DNA from: an uncultured virus (IMG/VR IMGVR_UViG_3300032116_021735)
Lineage: Duplodnaviria; Heunggongvirae; Uroviricota; Caudoviricetes
IMG/VR virus record: IMGVR_UViG_3300032116_021735
DNA length: 64,000 bases
Strand: one strand, 5' to 3'
Below are positions 33,069-43,262 of the stretch, in pieces; within the stretch, counting starts at the first letter, position 1; every line of letters starts with the position of its first letter. The notes below the pieces were generated by a model. The model saw only the letters and a list, made by a program, of their open reading frames with translations. It searched no databases and was not told the DNA's origin. The position numbers were made by a program, and so were the translations under genes.

Positions 33069-33085
33069 ATTTGACTTCTCCTAGA

Positions 33086-33871
33086 TCAGATATCTCTAAA
33101 GTCGATTCTAGACTTTTTATACCTTCTCTTTATGGATTGCATTGCTGTTGTAAGTTGCTTTGGAGAAAGACCTGAAAGCTCTCTCATGTAGAGTAAAACT
33201 GCACTCTTATTCAAGAGGTCAATCTCGTCAATATTCTCAAAAATTGTAATTATTGCATTAATACAAGTCAGCTCGTTTTCTGTTTTCACTCTAGACCTAA
33301 TTTCGTACAGGAGGCCGATAGTGCCTTCAACTGTACCACCAGATTCAAAGAAAAGATCCTGAGCTTCTACAGTATTGTATTCCTCTATTATTAGAGATTC
33401 ATGAGTCGTAAGTGACTGAGGATCATCTAGACTTACGCTCTTTTTTGTTCTCTGTGACTTTTGTTTCGTCTTTATAATAAGCCAATTTTTGGCAACGACA
33501 TTGAAGTAGGAAAAAGCATTCGTTCCTCTCGATGCATCAAACTTGTGGATAGTCTCGAATAGAAAATTGACACAATCGTTCTTAAGCTCTTCATATGTGT
33601 CATGCATCCCAGTAAACTTATGAATGTTGATAAGATTTTCAACTAACTTCTTGAATGCTGGTAGTATCTTCTCTACGTAGAGTTTGTCTTTTTCTTTCTT
33701 TAAATTTTCTGACTGATATGCTACAATTGCATCTTGGGTGTCTGAGTTGAAATAAAGTTTGAGTTTGTCTTTTTCCTCTTTGGTCTCCTTTTTCTCAGGA
33801 GTTTTATTAATTTCTTCGGAGACTTTCTCTATCTTTTTCTCCTTTCTTTTTTTTGCTATTCTTGTTTTCAT
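33086..33871 (-). CDS. Late-transcription sigma factor, T4 gp55-like (sigma region 2)
   Basis: YFN..DAIVAY, EELKNDCVNFLFETIHKFDASRGTNAFSYFNVVAKN matches sigma region 2.2-2.3 (KFDxxRG..FSxY); no canonical region-4 TLxEIG..RxRQIE motif. Confidence 0.72.
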   Translation of the reverse strand: MKTRIAKKRKEKKIEKVSEEINKTPEKKETKEEKDKLKLYFNSDTQDAIVAYQSENLKKEKDKLYVEKILPAFKKLVENLINIHKFTGMHDTYEELKNDCVNFLFETIHKFDASRGTNAFSYFNVVAKNWLIIKTKQKSQRTKKSVSLDDPQSLTTHESLIIEEYNTVEAQDLFFESGGTVEGTIGLLYEIRSRVKTENELTCINAIITIFENIDEIDLLNKSAVLLYMRELSGLSPKQLTTAMQSIKRRYKKSRIDFRDI

Positions 33872-34176
33872 TCTTCTTCTTTGCCTTCTATTGAATCTTC
33901 AATCATAGAATCATCTAGTAATTTTGCAACTCGTACGACAGCATTTTTTGATTCTATGATGTCTTTTATTAAGTTTCTCACAACGGGTTCATCAGAAAAA
34001 ACCTCTAATTTAGCTTTTTGCTCGATCTTTTTGGATTGGATTTCGAGTATTTCTAAAGAATTCTCAAGAGCTTCTTGTATTTCGTCTATCTTTTCCATAA
34101 GCTCTATGTTCTTTTTTAGACTTATGGCTAGAAATGACGCAATCAAAAAAAATGATACTGAAACAATTTCTATCAT
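33868..34176 (-). CDS. Small protein with N-terminal transmembrane helix and coiled coil
   Basis: Likely start MIEIVSVSFFLIASFLAISLKK (ATG at 34176 overlapping the upstream stop), then heptad-rich sequence. Confidence 0.6.
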   Translation of the reverse strand: MIEIVSVSFFLIASFLAISLKKNIELMEKIDEIQEALENSLEILEIQSKKIEQKAKLEVFSDEPVVRNLIKDIIESKNAVVRVAKLLDDSMIEDSIEGKEEE

Positions 34177-35372
34177 TACATCATGCCTCTTGTAGCTTCT
34201 TCGTATAAAGATTTTACAGCTTCTATTGAATATTTCTTTTGTATTTTTTCTCTTAGATCTTTTGCCCATTCCTTTGGAATGGTCGAAGCTGATCTGAACT
34301 TCATGACTTTTTTCTTAAAGTCGTCTTCTATTACATTTGCCCACTTACTCCCCTTCATAAAAATTCTGTTGTCGACTCTAGAGGGATGAATTTCAGAAAG
34401 CTTGTAGTCGATTTCGATAAATTTTCCGTGAGATAAAAAGTCCTTGTGACCCGACCAATTCGTTGCCATGACAGGAAGACCTGACGCTGCAGCTTCAAGA
34501 ATTGGTAATCCGTACCCTTCTCCCTTTGTTAGAGAAACTAGACATTTAATCTTGGGATGTCTGTACAAAGAGCTAATTTCTTCGTCGGACATGTCTCCGT
34601 GAATTAAATGAATTCTTGGGAATGGGCCTTTTCTTACTTCCTTGATCAAGGCTTCGAAAGTTTGTTGCATTAATCTTCTATCAATACAAGTATTTCTACC
34701 AGAATTTGTCTTTATTACGATGCCTGCGTCCGGGTCCTTGGAAAAAACTTCGCACAACCACTTAACTGTATAAAAGATGTTCTTTCTTTCATTTTCTGGA
34801 TTGTTCCCAGTTATTTGTCCAAAAATTAAAAAATTAAAGCTAGTAGAAAAATCTAATTCATCAACTCTAGTCTCTTTAAAATTAAGAATTGCGTTTGAAT
34901 AAGCTTCGGGAATTACTTCGATACGAGTTAAAATTTTACCAGTATTGCACAAACTGCTTTTTGCATGCAAAGAAGGAACAATGATTAAAGACATCTTATT
35001 GCAACAACTTACCCACTCAGGATTGCATCTATCTGTTTCAACAGAAGCTGTAATTCCAATGTTTGTATTGGAAAATTGAGTATCCCATTCATTTGGTAAT
35101 TGAACCTGAACGGTAGCGTCATATCTTTTGCCCGTGGGATCCACTGTCCTTTCCATAATCCTGCCGACAAATCCGTCATATAGATTTTTATCAATTAACC
35201 ACGGAGTGTCACCCCAGGGAAGAGCTTGAACTTCAACGTCAAGGTCGTCTCTATCGAACAGCCATTTTGCAACTTGCCTTGTGTGTACACCGTACCCAGA
35301 TTGGGTAAGAACTGGTCCCCTGAGTAAGACTTTCTTTCTTTCTGATTTGCTTGTCATTTCAAATAGATTCAT
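34176..35372 (-). CDS. GT-B (GT4-like) glycosyltransferase
   Basis: GPVLTQSGYGVHTR N-terminal motif; KGEGYGLPILEAAASGLPVMATNWSG EX7E motif. Confidence 0.88.
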   Translation of the reverse strand: MNLFEMTSKSERKKVLLRGPVLTQSGYGVHTRQVAKWLFDRDDLDVEVQALPWGDTPWLIDKNLYDGFVGRIMERTVDPTGKRYDATVQVQLPNEWDTQFSNTNIGITASVETDRCNPEWVSCCNKMSLIIVPSLHAKSSLCNTGKILTRIEVIPEAYSNAILNFKETRVDELDFSTSFNFLIFGQITGNNPENERKNIFYTVKWLCEVFSKDPDAGIVIKTNSGRNTCIDRRLMQQTFEALIKEVRKGPFPRIHLIHGDMSDEEISSLYRHPKIKCLVSLTKGEGYGLPILEAAASGLPVMATNWSGHKDFLSHGKFIEIDYKLSEIHPSRVDNRIFMKGSKWANVIEDDFKKKVMKFRSASTIPKEWAKDLREKIQKKYSIEAVKSLYEEATRGMM

Positions 35373-36622
35373 AGTTCAATGGCCTTCCACAGTGGATTTT
35401 CCTTTGAATTCCACTTCTCTATTGTATCGCTTAAAGTCCTATCCCAATCATCGACGACTTTTTTAAGACTGTATTCACTTCTTGCTCTTTCCATTGCCCT
35501 TAGACCAAGAGATTCTCGTGCTTCAGACCCCATTTCATACATCTTCATGAATGCATTCTTGACAGTTTCATGAGAGACAAAATCTTCATAGATGTAAGGA
35601 ACCATGTGATTTCCTACCATCGTTCTGACCTCTGGTTCCATTCCGATTCCGAACTGCTCACCTGTCTCTGGATCTTCAACTTGACGAGTTAAACCACCCG
35701 TCTTAATTGCGATGATGGGCTTTCCACACATCATCATTTCGAGAGTGGGGAGCCCAAAACCTTCATTGCAACTCCTATTGATGATTGTGTCACATACGTT
35801 GTAAAGGGATTTCATTTCATGAAATCCAATTCTATCTTTTGAAAAGACGATATTGTCCTTTATCTCCAGAAGGTCTATGACCTGATGAAGGTTAGTTCCT
35901 TCTTGATCCATGGGATCAGTGTGCAAAACAAGCGTTGCTTTTTTGTGTCCGTGCTTTTCTTCTAATTCATTAATAAAATCTCTCCAAGATACAAGAATAT
36001 CACTTACCATTTTTCTTCTTGCATTTCTTGAAACATACAGACACGTAAAGTGGTCTATTCTTTCTTGACCCAAGAGAGCTGATTTAAACTTTAGCGTCTC
36101 TTCGCTTGGAATTGGACAAAATAGATCTTCTGGTACTGCATGAGGGATATAATTTGTTTTTTCAGGAAATCTTTCCTTTACCATCTCGTACGTTGGATAG
36201 TTAATGCAGTTAATTAAATCTGTAGATTCATATAGAGGTCTGTTAAAATCTGGCCACGGAGGATTATCCCATAGATGCCAATAAACTATTGGGCATATTT
36301 GGTGTATCTCATCAGACATCTCCCACGTCCAGATAAAAAATCTAGGATCTGTGAAGAGAAAGACTGCGTCTGGTCTTACCTGGGCAAGAGTTTTTCTTAG
36401 AAGAGACTTATCTCCAAACCCGTTTGTTGGCTTGATGATGAAATCTGGGTTGACAACTACAGTTTCGTAGCTGTCATGCCTGATTGCGCCTCCAAAGCAC
36501 TTAAAACTGTATTTGCCTGTGTTTATGAGGCCATTTATCAACCAACGTGCTTGAGTTCCAACACCGGAAGTGCTCAAGGGGTGATCCGACAAAAATAAGA
36601 TAGTCTTCTTTTGATTCTGCAT
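35369..36622 (-). CDS. GT-B (GT4-like) glycosyltransferase
   Basis: LSDHPLSTSGVGTQ; SRNARRK; NEGFGLPTLEMMMCGKPIIAIKTGG. Start set at ATG 36622. Confidence 0.88.
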   Translation of the reverse strand: MQNQKKTILFLSDHPLSTSGVGTQARWLINGLINTGKYSFKCFGGAIRHDSYETVVVNPDFIIKPTNGFGDKSLLRKTLAQVRPDAVFLFTDPRFFIWTWEMSDEIHQICPIVYWHLWDNPPWPDFNRPLYESTDLINCINYPTYEMVKERFPEKTNYIPHAVPEDLFCPIPSEETLKFKSALLGQERIDHFTCLYVSRNARRKMVSDILVSWRDFINELEEKHGHKKATLVLHTDPMDQEGTNLHQVIDLLEIKDNIVFSKDRIGFHEMKSLYNVCDTIINRSCNEGFGLPTLEMMMCGKPIIAIKTGGLTRQVEDPETGEQFGIGMEPEVRTMVGNHMVPYIYEDFVSHETVKNAFMKMYEMGSEARESLGLRAMERARSEYSLKKVVDDWDRTLSDTIEKWNSKENPLWKAIEL

Positions 36623-36667
36623 TGTCCCTATATTACCCAAAAATGAAAAGTTGTAATAAAAGTTAGA

Positions 36668-37480
36668 TCAAGTGCAGTGTTCTGTTCCCTTGTACTCACA
36701 GTACGTACAGGAATCTCTGTTCTTCAGGGCGATTCCGCGCTTGACTGAGGTGATCATGTTGCTGACAACCTTGAGAGACTTCTTGATGGGAACATCACCC
36801 ATGGAGACGGAGAAGAGTTCACAGTGTTGGCCAGGTTTCGCCGACTTCTTGAGGATGGCGAAGGCACACCTGATATCCTTGAAGGGAACCTGTGGGTTCT
36901 TCTGGTGCCAATAGTTCTTGTAGAGGGCCAATTGGGCCTTGGTCATCTCATCCGAACGCTTCTCTCGCCTCCACCCATTCGCGGAAGTCTTCCAGTCGAT
37001 GATCCAGTAGAGGTCTTCCCCTCGCTTACCTTTGCACTTGATAACGCCATCGATGAAGCCTTTGAATGCGTGGGGATGACCCTCCACTGATTCATATAGG
37101 GCATGCTCCGCATCCACAACAGTCCACTCCGGAAACTCCCTGTCAAGGAAGGCAGGAACCTCCAAGAGAATTGATTCGGACTCTGTCTTGGCAACCTTTA
37201 ATGCCTTTTCTGAGAATTCTTCCTGACCACTGTGTTTGGTCCATGCCTCATCAAGAGCATCGTGACACAACTTCACGTCCATCTCGCGAGTGAGTAGGTA
37301 CTTCTCGCAGGACGCGTGGACTGCTGTACCAAACTCAAGCACGGGTGAGGGCTTGAAGAAATCGATCTTCTTCACGTGGGTGAGGTGGTGTCTGTAGGAA
37401 CAATCCTTCCAGGTCTTCACCTCCGAAAAAGATACGTGCGGTTTGCCTGTTGGAAGTACTTGGAATTCAGTTTCTGACAT
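36668..37480 (-). CDS. PD-(D/E)XK nuclease, Cas4/AddB-like with Fe-S cysteines
   Basis: SFS..C, FGTAVH, E..FKGFIDGVI..IIDWKTS, QLALY, and C-terminal CxxCxxxxxxxC. Confidence 0.85.
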   Translation of the reverse strand: MSETEFQVLPTGKPHVSFSEVKTWKDCSYRHHLTHVKKIDFFKPSPVLEFGTAVHASCEKYLLTREMDVKLCHDALDEAWTKHSGQEEFSEKALKVAKTESESILLEVPAFLDREFPEWTVVDAEHALYESVEGHPHAFKGFIDGVIKCKGKRGEDLYWIIDWKTSANGWRREKRSDEMTKAQLALYKNYWHQKNPQVPFKDIRCAFAILKKSAKPGQHCELFSVSMGDVPIKKSLKVVSNMITSVKRGIALKNRDSCTYCEYKGTEHCT

Positions 37481-37490
37481 GTTAGTTTTG

Positions 37491-37520
37491 ATACTAACAC
37501 GTGAGACGGTAACAGTTCAA
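37491..37520 (-). promoter_or_regulatory. Sigma70-like promoter for the Cas4-like gene
   Basis: Minus strand TTGAAC-18nt-TAGTAT with extended -10 (TGn), ending 10 nt before the ATG. Confidence 0.5.
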
Positions 37521-38431
37521 GTTCTCTTCTTTGACACGGCCCGACCTGACATCTTCTCCCAATCTCTATGCTCAGGTTGCCGCACCTCGAGGTTCTTCTC
37601 CCAGGCAGCAATTAGAATTTTTGGATCCACTCCGTTCTTCTTGGCGACACTAATCATGGCATTGATGTCCTTTGGAAAGCAGTGACCACCATACCCCCTA
37701 TATCCATCTGGTCCGGGTACATTCCAGTGACTCTTTCCTACTCTTTCATCGTAAGATGCATATTCAACCACCTTGTCATAGTCGACATTGAGGCCGGAGG
37801 CATCGAGAGCCTCACAAATCTGAGCCATCTCGTTTGCAAATGCAACCTTAACTGTAAGAAAATTATTAGTTAGATACTTGATCATCTCTGCAGTTGTCGA
37901 AGATGTCTTCACTATTGGTACGTTGCTAAAAGCTATTCTAAAAATCTGCTTGACTTGGTTGATCCAAGGGCGCGGGCCTCCAAGAATTATTCTATCTTGA
38001 TTTCTCATGTCTTCTAAGGCTGTTCTCTCAGTTAAAAACTCTGGATTGAACACAACTCTTAGCTCGGAATTTTCATACTTTTTATTCCAAGATTCTGTAG
38101 ATCCTGGTGGCACCGTTGACTTGACAACTGCTATCCTCTTGCCGGGTATTTCTGCTAATTGATCAAGAACTTCATTGACAATGCTTAAATCTGCAGATCC
38201 ATCTTCGAACATAGGAGTCGGCAAACAAACAAAGTAAATGCCTGAAAAATCTTTCTGAGATTCTGATATATCTACTAAATCTTTGATGCTGCTTGGTCTA
38301 TGTTTGCTTACTCCATTTGCAATCTTTCCAGCCTTGTCATAAGCTATAACATTAAATCCCTTTTCAGAAAAAACAGTGCTTAAAGATCCGCCTACAAATC
38401 CCTGTCCTATGACAGCAATTGTCTTGTTCAT
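37517..38431 (-). CDS. ugd: UDP-glucose/GDP-mannose dehydrogenase family (short form lacking the C-terminal domain)
   Basis: GQGFVG Rossmann motif, CLPTP, KSTVPPG, FNPEFL, AEMIKY..N, catalytic GGHCFPKD. Confidence 0.88.
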   Translation of the reverse strand: MNKTIAVIGQGFVGGSLSTVFSEKGFNVIAYDKAGKIANGVSKHRPSSIKDLVDISESQKDFSGIYFVCLPTPMFEDGSADLSIVNEVLDQLAEIPGKRIAVVKSTVPPGSTESWNKKYENSELRVVFNPEFLTERTALEDMRNQDRIILGGPRPWINQVKQIFRIAFSNVPIVKTSSTTAEMIKYLTNNFLTVKVAFANEMAQICEALDASGLNVDYDKVVEYASYDERVGKSHWNVPGPDGYRGYGGHCFPKDINAMISVAKKNGVDPKILIAAWEKNLEVRQPEHRDWEKMSGRAVSKKRT

Positions 38432-39075
38432 TGATATTTTCCTTTAAGAAGAGTATCGTATATTTTTAATTCTTCAGAATTGTTGGTTCTGTTGTGTTCA
38501 TGCATTCTATACCTGTATAGAGATACTGGTAGATGAAAGATCTTGAACCTATTTGAAAATCTTTCAATGAGATCATGTCCTTCCCTCATTTTAAAATTTT
38601 CATCATAGAAATTAATATCGCATAAAGATTCATATGTAAACATGATTCCACATGCAATAGGCTCTTCTTGATAAGAGCATACTTTAATAGGAGTTCCTAC
38701 CTCATTTACCTTGCTATAGTCGCAAGAGACTGCCTGGTAGGTTCTGTTTAAGTCGAGTATTAAGGATAAAGTTTGTAAAAAGTGAGAAGAAACATAGTCG
38801 TCACTGTCCACTCTAACAAAATATCTTCCTCTTGCAGTCTTTAGTATTTTATTTAAAGACGAAGGAAGCCCTAAATTTGTAGGATTTTTTATGATTCTGA
38901 CGTTAATTCTATCCTTGACAATTTCACAAACATCTTCCAAAGATTCTTCAGGATCGTCGTTTACAATGACAACTTCGAATTCATCTTTTGGTAAAGTCTG
39001 ATTCTCAAGGCTTCTGAGGCAACGATATAGCCACTTTTTCTGCTTATAGCAAGAAATTCCAACAGTTACTTTCAT
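38428..39075 (-). CDS. GT2 glycosyltransferase
   Basis: CLRSLENQT..EVVIVND..NLGL..ARGRYFVRVDSDD..YRYRMH. Confidence 0.88.
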   Translation of the reverse strand: MKVTVGISCYKQKKWLYRCLRSLENQTLPKDEFEVVIVNDDPEESLEDVCEIVKDRINVRIIKNPTNLGLPSSLNKILKTARGRYFVRVDSDDYVSSHFLQTLSLILDLNRTYQAVSCDYSKVNEVGTPIKVCSYQEEPIACGIMFTYESLCDINFYDENFKMREGHDLIERFSNRFKIFHLPVSLYRYRMHEHNRTNNSEELKIYDTLLKGKYQ

Positions 39076-39081
39076 CTATTC

Positions 39082-40002
39082 TTAGACCTTTACTGAAAGA
39101 TTAATGACGGCTTCAAGCGCTTTTTTTTGGCTTTCTATGGTAGCTCCTGCCACGTGAGGGGTTATTATCACGTCTTCTCTTGCCTTTGAAAGACTTAAAA
39201 GTCTTGATTTTTTTAATTCATTTACATCTTGTTCTCCGCAAAGAACATCTGCTGCAAATCTTATAGACTTGTTTTCTATTAAGTGACAAATATACCTCTC
39301 GTCAACAACTTCTCCTCGAGAGGTATTCACAACTATTGATCCTTCTTTTAAGTCGTCTAGAGAGCCCCACGTTATCATTCCGTAGGTCTCAGAAGTTAAA
39401 TAACAATTAATGCTTATTATGTGGCATTGACACAATTCATGTAAATTGCTAATTTTTTTGGCGTATTCGGGGGCAAGTTCTTGATTGACATAAGGGTCGT
39501 AGTAGAATATCTCAAGCCCAAAAGAGTTTGCGTACTTTGCGATCTTTTTTCCTATTCTACCTAGACCTATAATTCCAATTTTTTTGCCGTGTAATTCATT
39601 AGATCTAAGAAAATTTTCGTTAGACTTGTCTCTCCAGCTATCGACGTTCTTTATAGAAAGACTGAATTTTCTACACAAATTCATTATGTGAATCCAGGTA
39701 AACTCTGCCGAAGCATGAATATTGTCCAACGAATCTCTATCGTCAAGCAAGCATAAAGTCTTTACGTTTCTTTCTTTTAGATAGTTCACATCTATGTGGT
39801 TCACACCGGTAGACGGTGTTGCAACTACCTTCAAAGACTTTATGCTAGAAAAGTGTCTTTTATCGAGAAATTTTTCTGTTCCTGGATTGACGACGAGAAT
39901 TTCTGGGTCTTTGTCATCTACGACAAGACTGTGTCGTAGCAAGAGAGAAGATAAATCTTCTTTGCTGTAAAAGTCTAAGGGACACTCAAATTTTACCTTC
40001 AT
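39082..40002 (-). CDS. D-isomer-specific 2-hydroxyacid dehydrogenase family protein
   Basis: [47 protein letters not shown]. Confidence 0.88.
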   Translation of the reverse strand: MKVKFECPLDFYSKEDLSSLLLRHSLVVDDKDPEILVVNPGTEKFLDKRHFSSIKSLKVVATPSTGVNHIDVNYLKERNVKTLCLLDDRDSLDNIHASAEFTWIHIMNLCRKFSLSIKNVDSWRDKSNENFLRSNELHGKKIGIIGLGRIGKKIAKYANSFGLEIFYYDPYVNQELAPEYAKKISNLHELCQCHIISINCYLTSETYGMITWGSLDDLKEGSIVVNTSRGEVVDERYICHLIENKSIRFAADVLCGEQDVNELKKSRLLSLSKAREDVIITPHVAGATIESQKKALEAVINLSVKV

Positions 40003-40699
40003 TTTTTAGCCTAATAAGAGTTTCAGCAAGATAAAAATCTATCATTGAGTCTATGTTGACTGAATGCAATTCATCCATGACATAAGGTCTAGAAACATTG
40101 CCGTTTCTTGAAAAGAACTCAACAATGCACTTTCTAGTCATTGCATAAATTGCGCCATTTCTAATATAGCAGGCTTCTAAATCCTGTCTCCTTGAACCCT
40201 CTCCCTCTGGGAATTCCTTGCAAAAATCTTGCAAAGTATCTTCGGAAGTTATTCTTTTCATTCTTACAGGATGTTTGTCCTGCATCTTACAGACAGATAT
40301 GACGCTATCTGCATTTGTCGCCACTAACTTATCAATTGCTTCTTTTATGTGAAGCTCATTTCTAAGAGGAGATACGCAAGGTAGTTCCACTACGTAGTCG
40401 TATGTCTTGTGAAATATTTTTTCACATTCCAGTACAGCGTGTTTTAGCGCGTCTCTTGACCAAACGGAGTCTCCTGACAGTTCTTCAGGTCTAACGAAGG
40501 GAACACTTGCTCCAAAAGACTTTGCAACTTCTGCAATTTCTTTGGAATCTGTACTTACAACAAAGTCTTCAAAAAGTCCTGTCTTTAAAGCAGCCTCAAT
40601 CGTATAGCCTATCAAAGGCTTTCCTTCAAGTAGCTTAATATTCTTTTTTGGTATGCCTTTTGATCCACCCCTAGCCAGAATAACTCCGAGTATTTTCAT
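39986..40699 (-). CDS. neuA: CMP-nonulosonate (acylneuraminate) cytidylyltransferase
   Basis: [58 protein letters not shown]. Confidence 0.9.
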   Translation of the reverse strand: MKILGVILARGGSKGIPKKNIKLLEGKPLIGYTIEAALKTGLFEDFVVSTDSKEIAEVAKSFGASVPFVRPEELSGDSVWSRDALKHAVLECEKIFHKTYDYVVELPCVSPLRNELHIKEAIDKLVATNADSVISVCKMQDKHPVRMKRITSEDTLQDFCKEFPEGEGSRRQDLEACYIRNGAIYAMTRKCIVEFFSRNGNVSRPYVMDELHSVNIDSMIDFYLAETLIRLKNEGKI

Positions 40700-41415
40700 G
40701 GAATCCTCTTTAATTCTTTGGTCTTGTTTCTACAAATTAAGATCTCATCTCCCATTCGTCTGAGATCGCATAGCTCTTTTAAATCCATAGAACCTATGTG
40801 ATCATTTCCTTGTGAAGATTTGTTCAAAGTAAAGTGCTTTTCTATCACATTTGCACCGAGCGCTATGTGATACAAACAATTGGATATTCCATATCCGTGG
40901 TCACTTAACCCAACTACTCTATTGTCGTAAGAATAGTATTGGTGCTCTGAAAGATAATTTATGCTTGTCGGATATTTTGAAATACAGTTAAAATAAAACA
41001 CGTTCGGAAGTGTAGAAAGTAATAAATCTTCTTTCCACATGCCAAGAGAAACATAGGAATTGATTCCTGTTTTTATTATTTTTTCAAATAAATCAGGCTC
41101 TTTAACAAGTGTTCTACTTGCCACTTTAAAGTTTTTGACGTTTAGATCTAGACACCACTGTAATTTTTCTTCATCAAAAACAGATGCAAAAAATTCAATA
41201 CCGTATGTGTCACAGATGTCTTTGATGTCTTTTACTTGATTAAAAGTAAATTCATTCTTCTTTCTTGATTCATCACCAAAGACTCTAACAGAATCGTATA
41301 GTTGAAACTTTGCGAAATCTGCACCACCAGATTTCGATTGCCTTACCAGCTCTTCTATTAATCTAAAATCACCGTTATGATTAATTCCTATCTCTGATAT
41401 AATGCTTAATTTCAT
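40696..41415 (-). CDS. neuB: N-acetylneuraminate/nonulosonate synthase family, short form without the C-terminal AFP-like domain
   Basis: [50 protein letters not shown]. Confidence 0.88.
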   Translation of the reverse strand: MKLSIISEIGINHNGDFRLIEELVRQSKSGGADFAKFQLYDSVRVFGDESRKKNEFTFNQVKDIKDICDTYGIEFFASVFDEEKLQWCLDLNVKNFKVASRTLVKEPDLFEKIIKTGINSYVSLGMWKEDLLLSTLPNVFYFNCISKYPTSINYLSEHQYYSYDNRVVGLSDHGYGISNCLYHIALGANVIEKHFTLNKSSQGNDHIGSMDLKELCDLRRMGDEILICRNKTKELKRIP

Positions 41416-42548
41416 ATTTTGTCATTATACAGCATATCTTTTACTATTTCAACTATTTTTTGGATTGATTCAGTTCTTTCAAAGTAATCATTTTCTTCTT
41501 TGTGAACTTTTTCAAACTTAAAGACGTCTTGAATTGACTTAATCTCTTTGTTATAAATGTCATCCGGATAGACAATACCTTTTAGATAATTGACAGACTT
41601 ATAGTAAGGTTTGTCTGAATGATTTGAAGTATAGGACTGATTTTTTGTAAAATGAGTTTCCCAAGAAACGTGAGAACCAGACATGTTAAACAAAGAATCG
41701 CAGTGAGAAATAGCTTCAAAGTGATCTTGACTCTCCAGTATTATTATCTCAGGAAACATAGACCTTATTAGTTCATATTGAGGAACGTCAGAGAAAGTAC
41801 GTCTATAAACTCCTGTATACTTTTCATCACTATCATAGAAAAGATAGTCATTGGGATATGTCTTTACCATGACTTTGGCATCTATCTCTTTTGATGCTTC
41901 TACAATTCTTTTTAAGATTTCAATATTTTCATTGAATTGAATCTTGTGTGATCCTGGATTGGAGGGACACACCAGTATTTTTCTTTTATTCTCTAGCTGA
42001 TACTTTTTTTCGAAAAGACTAATATCTTTGGTAATTGCGTAGGGATCGTAATGGGGAGATCCTGTGACAAATATGTTGTCTTTATTTATCCCCAAGTTAC
42101 CTAGCCAATTTTTCCAAATTTTTCCTTTTACGAAGTAAAAGGTTGAAAAATGGGGAGCATTTGTCAAGATGTCCGCGCCTCCTATGTCCCAGCAAGCAAC
42201 TGGGCATTTCAAGCTTCTTTTTATTTCGTGTGGATACCTGGTCTTTGGAGCGATGTGAACAGAGGAAAGAATTAATCTGTAATTTTTGCTACACTTATAA
42301 AGATCTTCCCAGTCTTTCAAAACAACCAAAGAGTCATTCTTGGAAAAGATATCTGTAGAAAATCTATACCTTTCCTTGTCTCCAAATTTTTTATTTAATC
42401 TAATGTCTTTCTCAAACATTAGGAGATCTGCTTCTATGCCTTGAGATTTTAGTCTATCTAAAAGCTCAATTCCGTCGTAAGGAATGCTACTCCAGAAAAA
42501 ATCTCCTAGTAGAACAGCTACTTTTTTTACTTCTTTACTATGAACCAT
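41412..42548 (-). CDS. Putative GT-B transferase (candidate nonulosonate transferase)
   Basis: FVKGKIW..NIFVTGSPHYD and ILVCPS..VKTYP motifs resemble CDP-glycerol/capsule/sialyl-transferase-like GT-B proteins; adjacent to neuB/neuA. Confidence 0.5.
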   Translation of the reverse strand: MVHSKEVKKVAVLLGDFFWSSIPYDGIELLDRLKSQGIEADLLMFEKDIRLNKKFGDKERYRFSTDIFSKNDSLVVLKDWEDLYKCSKNYRLILSSVHIAPKTRYPHEIKRSLKCPVACWDIGGADILTNAPHFSTFYFVKGKIWKNWLGNLGINKDNIFVTGSPHYDPYAITKDISLFEKKYQLENKRKILVCPSNPGSHKIQFNENIEILKRIVEASKEIDAKVMVKTYPNDYLFYDSDEKYTGVYRRTFSDVPQYELIRSMFPEIIILESQDHFEAISHCDSLFNMSGSHVSWETHFTKNQSYTSNHSDKPYYKSVNYLKGIVYPDDIYNKEIKSIQDVFKFEKVHKEENDYFERTESIQKIVEIVKDMLYNDKI

Positions 42549-43261
42549 CTCTCAAAATCGCCTGTTAGATGCATTTTTAATTCATAGGTATTAGAATTTA
42601 AAGATTTGAGGAATTCATCTACGGCTATTCTAGCTCCTGGGTACTTTAAGGAGTAATATTCGTCTAGAACTATTATTCCGCCTTTGGCAACGTTGCAAAA
42701 TTGAGTTTCCAGGCAAATTTTATAAGGATCGTACAGATCACAGTCAATATGAAGAACAGCTATTTCTTCTTTTAAAAAAGGCAGCGTGTCTGAAAATTTA
42801 CCTTTTATTAATCTTATATTCCTGTTTGAAGACTCAGAAAACACTAGACTTTCAGTATTTGCAAAATACTCAGTCGAAAGGTGCTCTTGATTAGATAAAG
42901 AAACTAGCCTTTTCTTGCTTAATTCATAGTGATTTTTTGTTATTCTTCCTTCGCTGTGTAGCTTTTCAAACATCTCAGGCTTGTCGTTGTTGTTGACTTC
43001 TTCTGTCTCAGGAAAACCTGAAAAAGTGTCACAACCGATAAAATTCCTATCTATCTTTCTTAGTCTACAAAATTCATTTGCAGTTAAAAGAGTGGTTCCC
43101 TTAAAAACACCGCATTCAACGTAAGACCCTTTTAAATTTTTTGTTTTTTCAAGAGCGTAGCATATTGTGAATACGTTGTCTCCAACAGAGAGACCCATAT
43201 TTCTAACTGTCTCTCTTGACTTTTGAATATCTTCAGATATCGTGCTGTATAAATTTGTCAT
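42527..43261 (-). CDS. TylF/MycF/NovP-family sugar O-methyltransferase
   Basis: GSYVECGVFKG, DTFSGFP, IKGKFSDTLP, IAVLHIDCDLY, GGIIVLDEY, GARIAVDEF. Confidence 0.9.
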   Translation of the reverse strand: MTNLYSTISEDIQKSRETVRNMGLSVGDNVFTICYALEKTKNLKGSYVECGVFKGTTLLTANEFCRLRKIDRNFIGCDTFSGFPETEEVNNNDKPEMFEKLHSEGRITKNHYELSKKRLVSLSNQEHLSTEYFANTESLVFSESSNRNIRLIKGKFSDTLPFLKEEIAVLHIDCDLYDPYKICLETQFCNVAKGGIIVLDEYYSLKYPGARIAVDEFLKSLNSNTYELKMHLTGDFERWFIVKK

Positions 43262-43262
43262 T

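Noticed and set aside
36640..37520. CRISPR-Cas locus around the Cas4-like gene
   Set aside because: No array, cas1, cas2 or effector genes; flanking gaps are under 50 nt.
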